Positions 62,868 to 64,000 of a stretch of DNA of 64,000 nucleotides are shown here, piece after piece. Source of the DNA: Octopus bimaculoides (taxonomy: Eukaryota); contig NC_068985.1 of the NCBI RefSeq assembly GCF_001194135.2, forward strand, positions 49,477,835 to 49,541,834, written 5' to 3'. The notes beneath the pieces were generated by a model. It saw nothing but the letters and a program-made list of their open reading frames with translations. It was not told the origin of the DNA and made no database searches. Position numbers and translations under genes: made by a program. Numbering within the stretch: position 1 is the stretch's first letter; each line of letters begins with the position of its first letter.

Positions 62868-63070
62868 CCCTTTAACATTTTAACCAACCATATCCTGTCA
62901 AAATATTCTATTTGTTTTATATTCAAACCAGCCGCATCTCTCACATCTACCTTGCAATATCACTCTAAAAATAAACAATCACATCACCGAAATCTTGAAA
63001 CTTCAAGACAATGCATGATTAATTCAAAACAATGAATTACATTTGACAAACTAATCTGAATGTTAAAAGG
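62868..63070. mobile_element. piggyBac-type MITE (TTAA TSD), same family as 53676-53898
   Basis: ttaa-ccctttaacatt ... aatgttaaaagg-ttaa. Shared interior acaatcacatca..aaatc. Confidence 0.75.
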
Positions 63071-63699
63071 TTAAGCATTGACTGAATGTTGTTGTCTAAC
63101 TTATCTTCATATACCAATGACAAACTTTATCTTTACTTAGAGTTCTTTAATGCAATTTAAAACTATGATCAATGTGGTAAACATACCAAAATAAGTTAAT
63201 AACATGGTTACAAATCTCCAGACTATAATGCCTAAAATGATGAGATACTAGTTTACACAAACACACACATTATATATAGCATTTAGAGAAGTACAACTGC
63301 AAAGAAACACCTATGTACAACTACGTACACAATCAACCCATGCTTCATGAAATATGGGTACTAAATAATGGTGACAAGGATAATGAAATAGACTGATAAA
63401 TAATTGAAAATTTGAACTCAGAATTAGAATTTAAGAACCTTCAGCTTCAAATAAAAATTATGTATGTATACATATAAATGATATGAGAATTTTTTTGTCA
63501 AGATGACTCAAATTAATAGGTATGTGTTCTGAGCACTCAAATTTATACATATACCACTAAAATTCTGGTTTGAACACAGTTGAAGATGTGATTTTGTGAC
63601 TGCCATTCTAAAGCAGCTAGATGTGGCTTTCCCTTGAGCCAGTGGGTATAGATAAAAGCAGGAAAGAAAAGGCAAACAGTTTGGCAAGACTTGACAAGG

Positions 63700-64000
63700 A
63701 CATTTAATTTAGCGATATAATAAAAGATTTACATAGTCTCTATTAGCTGTTTCTAGAATATCCAAGCTATTGAAACATTGTGTAGAGTGAGGATTCCATA
63801 GGCCAGGTATTCCATCATTGGAGAGACATAGGTTAAGCATATGTAACAGTGGAAGAATATTCCTCATCAATGGTAATTATTGGGGTTCATTATGTCTAGA
63901 AAAGGAGACATGCAAGTAAATCCAATTAAAAGAGATATTAGGCAAATCCATGAACAGAAAGACTGGTTTGATAGTAATTCATGACAAGGGAAAATGGATG
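63700..64000 (-). mobile_element. Decayed CR1/L2-group LINE fragment running off the window end
   Basis: MMEY/LWNPHSTQCFNSLDILE resembles RP.LEY...WSP......LE.VQ. Frame-broken. Confidence 0.4.

Overview
AT-rich, repeat-saturated eukaryotic DNA from a gapped draft assembly (ten N-runs). By inference from its SINE families and microsatellite load it is an octopus (coleoid cephalopod) and mostly intronic or intergenic. I found no prokaryotic operon, CRISPR array, rRNA or true tRNA gene. Nearly all ORF-track entries are artefacts of microsatellites, SINEs or N-runs. Only one protein-coding exon is well supported: 56403-56555, minus strand, 153 nt, AG/GTAAGT, open frame, product not recognised. 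The rest is mobile DNA: four or five tRNA-derived or RTE-tailed SINE-type families (my labels A, B, C, D, F), including two head-to-tail SINE-B arrays; decayed LINE pieces (CR1-like, Tx1/L1-like, RTE); a DD36E Tc1-type end; a fold-back DD41D mariner-type remnant; TTAA-flanked and hAT-type MITEs; and Penelope-type hammerhead-like motifs. The best leads are a 150-bp near-perfect palindrome centred on a hammerhead helix-III-like motif, a minimal hammerhead-like fold at 60.2 kb, several short palindrome-bearing islands embedded in (TA)n, the fold-back transposase with unevenly diverged arms, and the oppositely oriented SINE arrays. Family names come from motif recognition only; no database search was run, and novelty is unverified.
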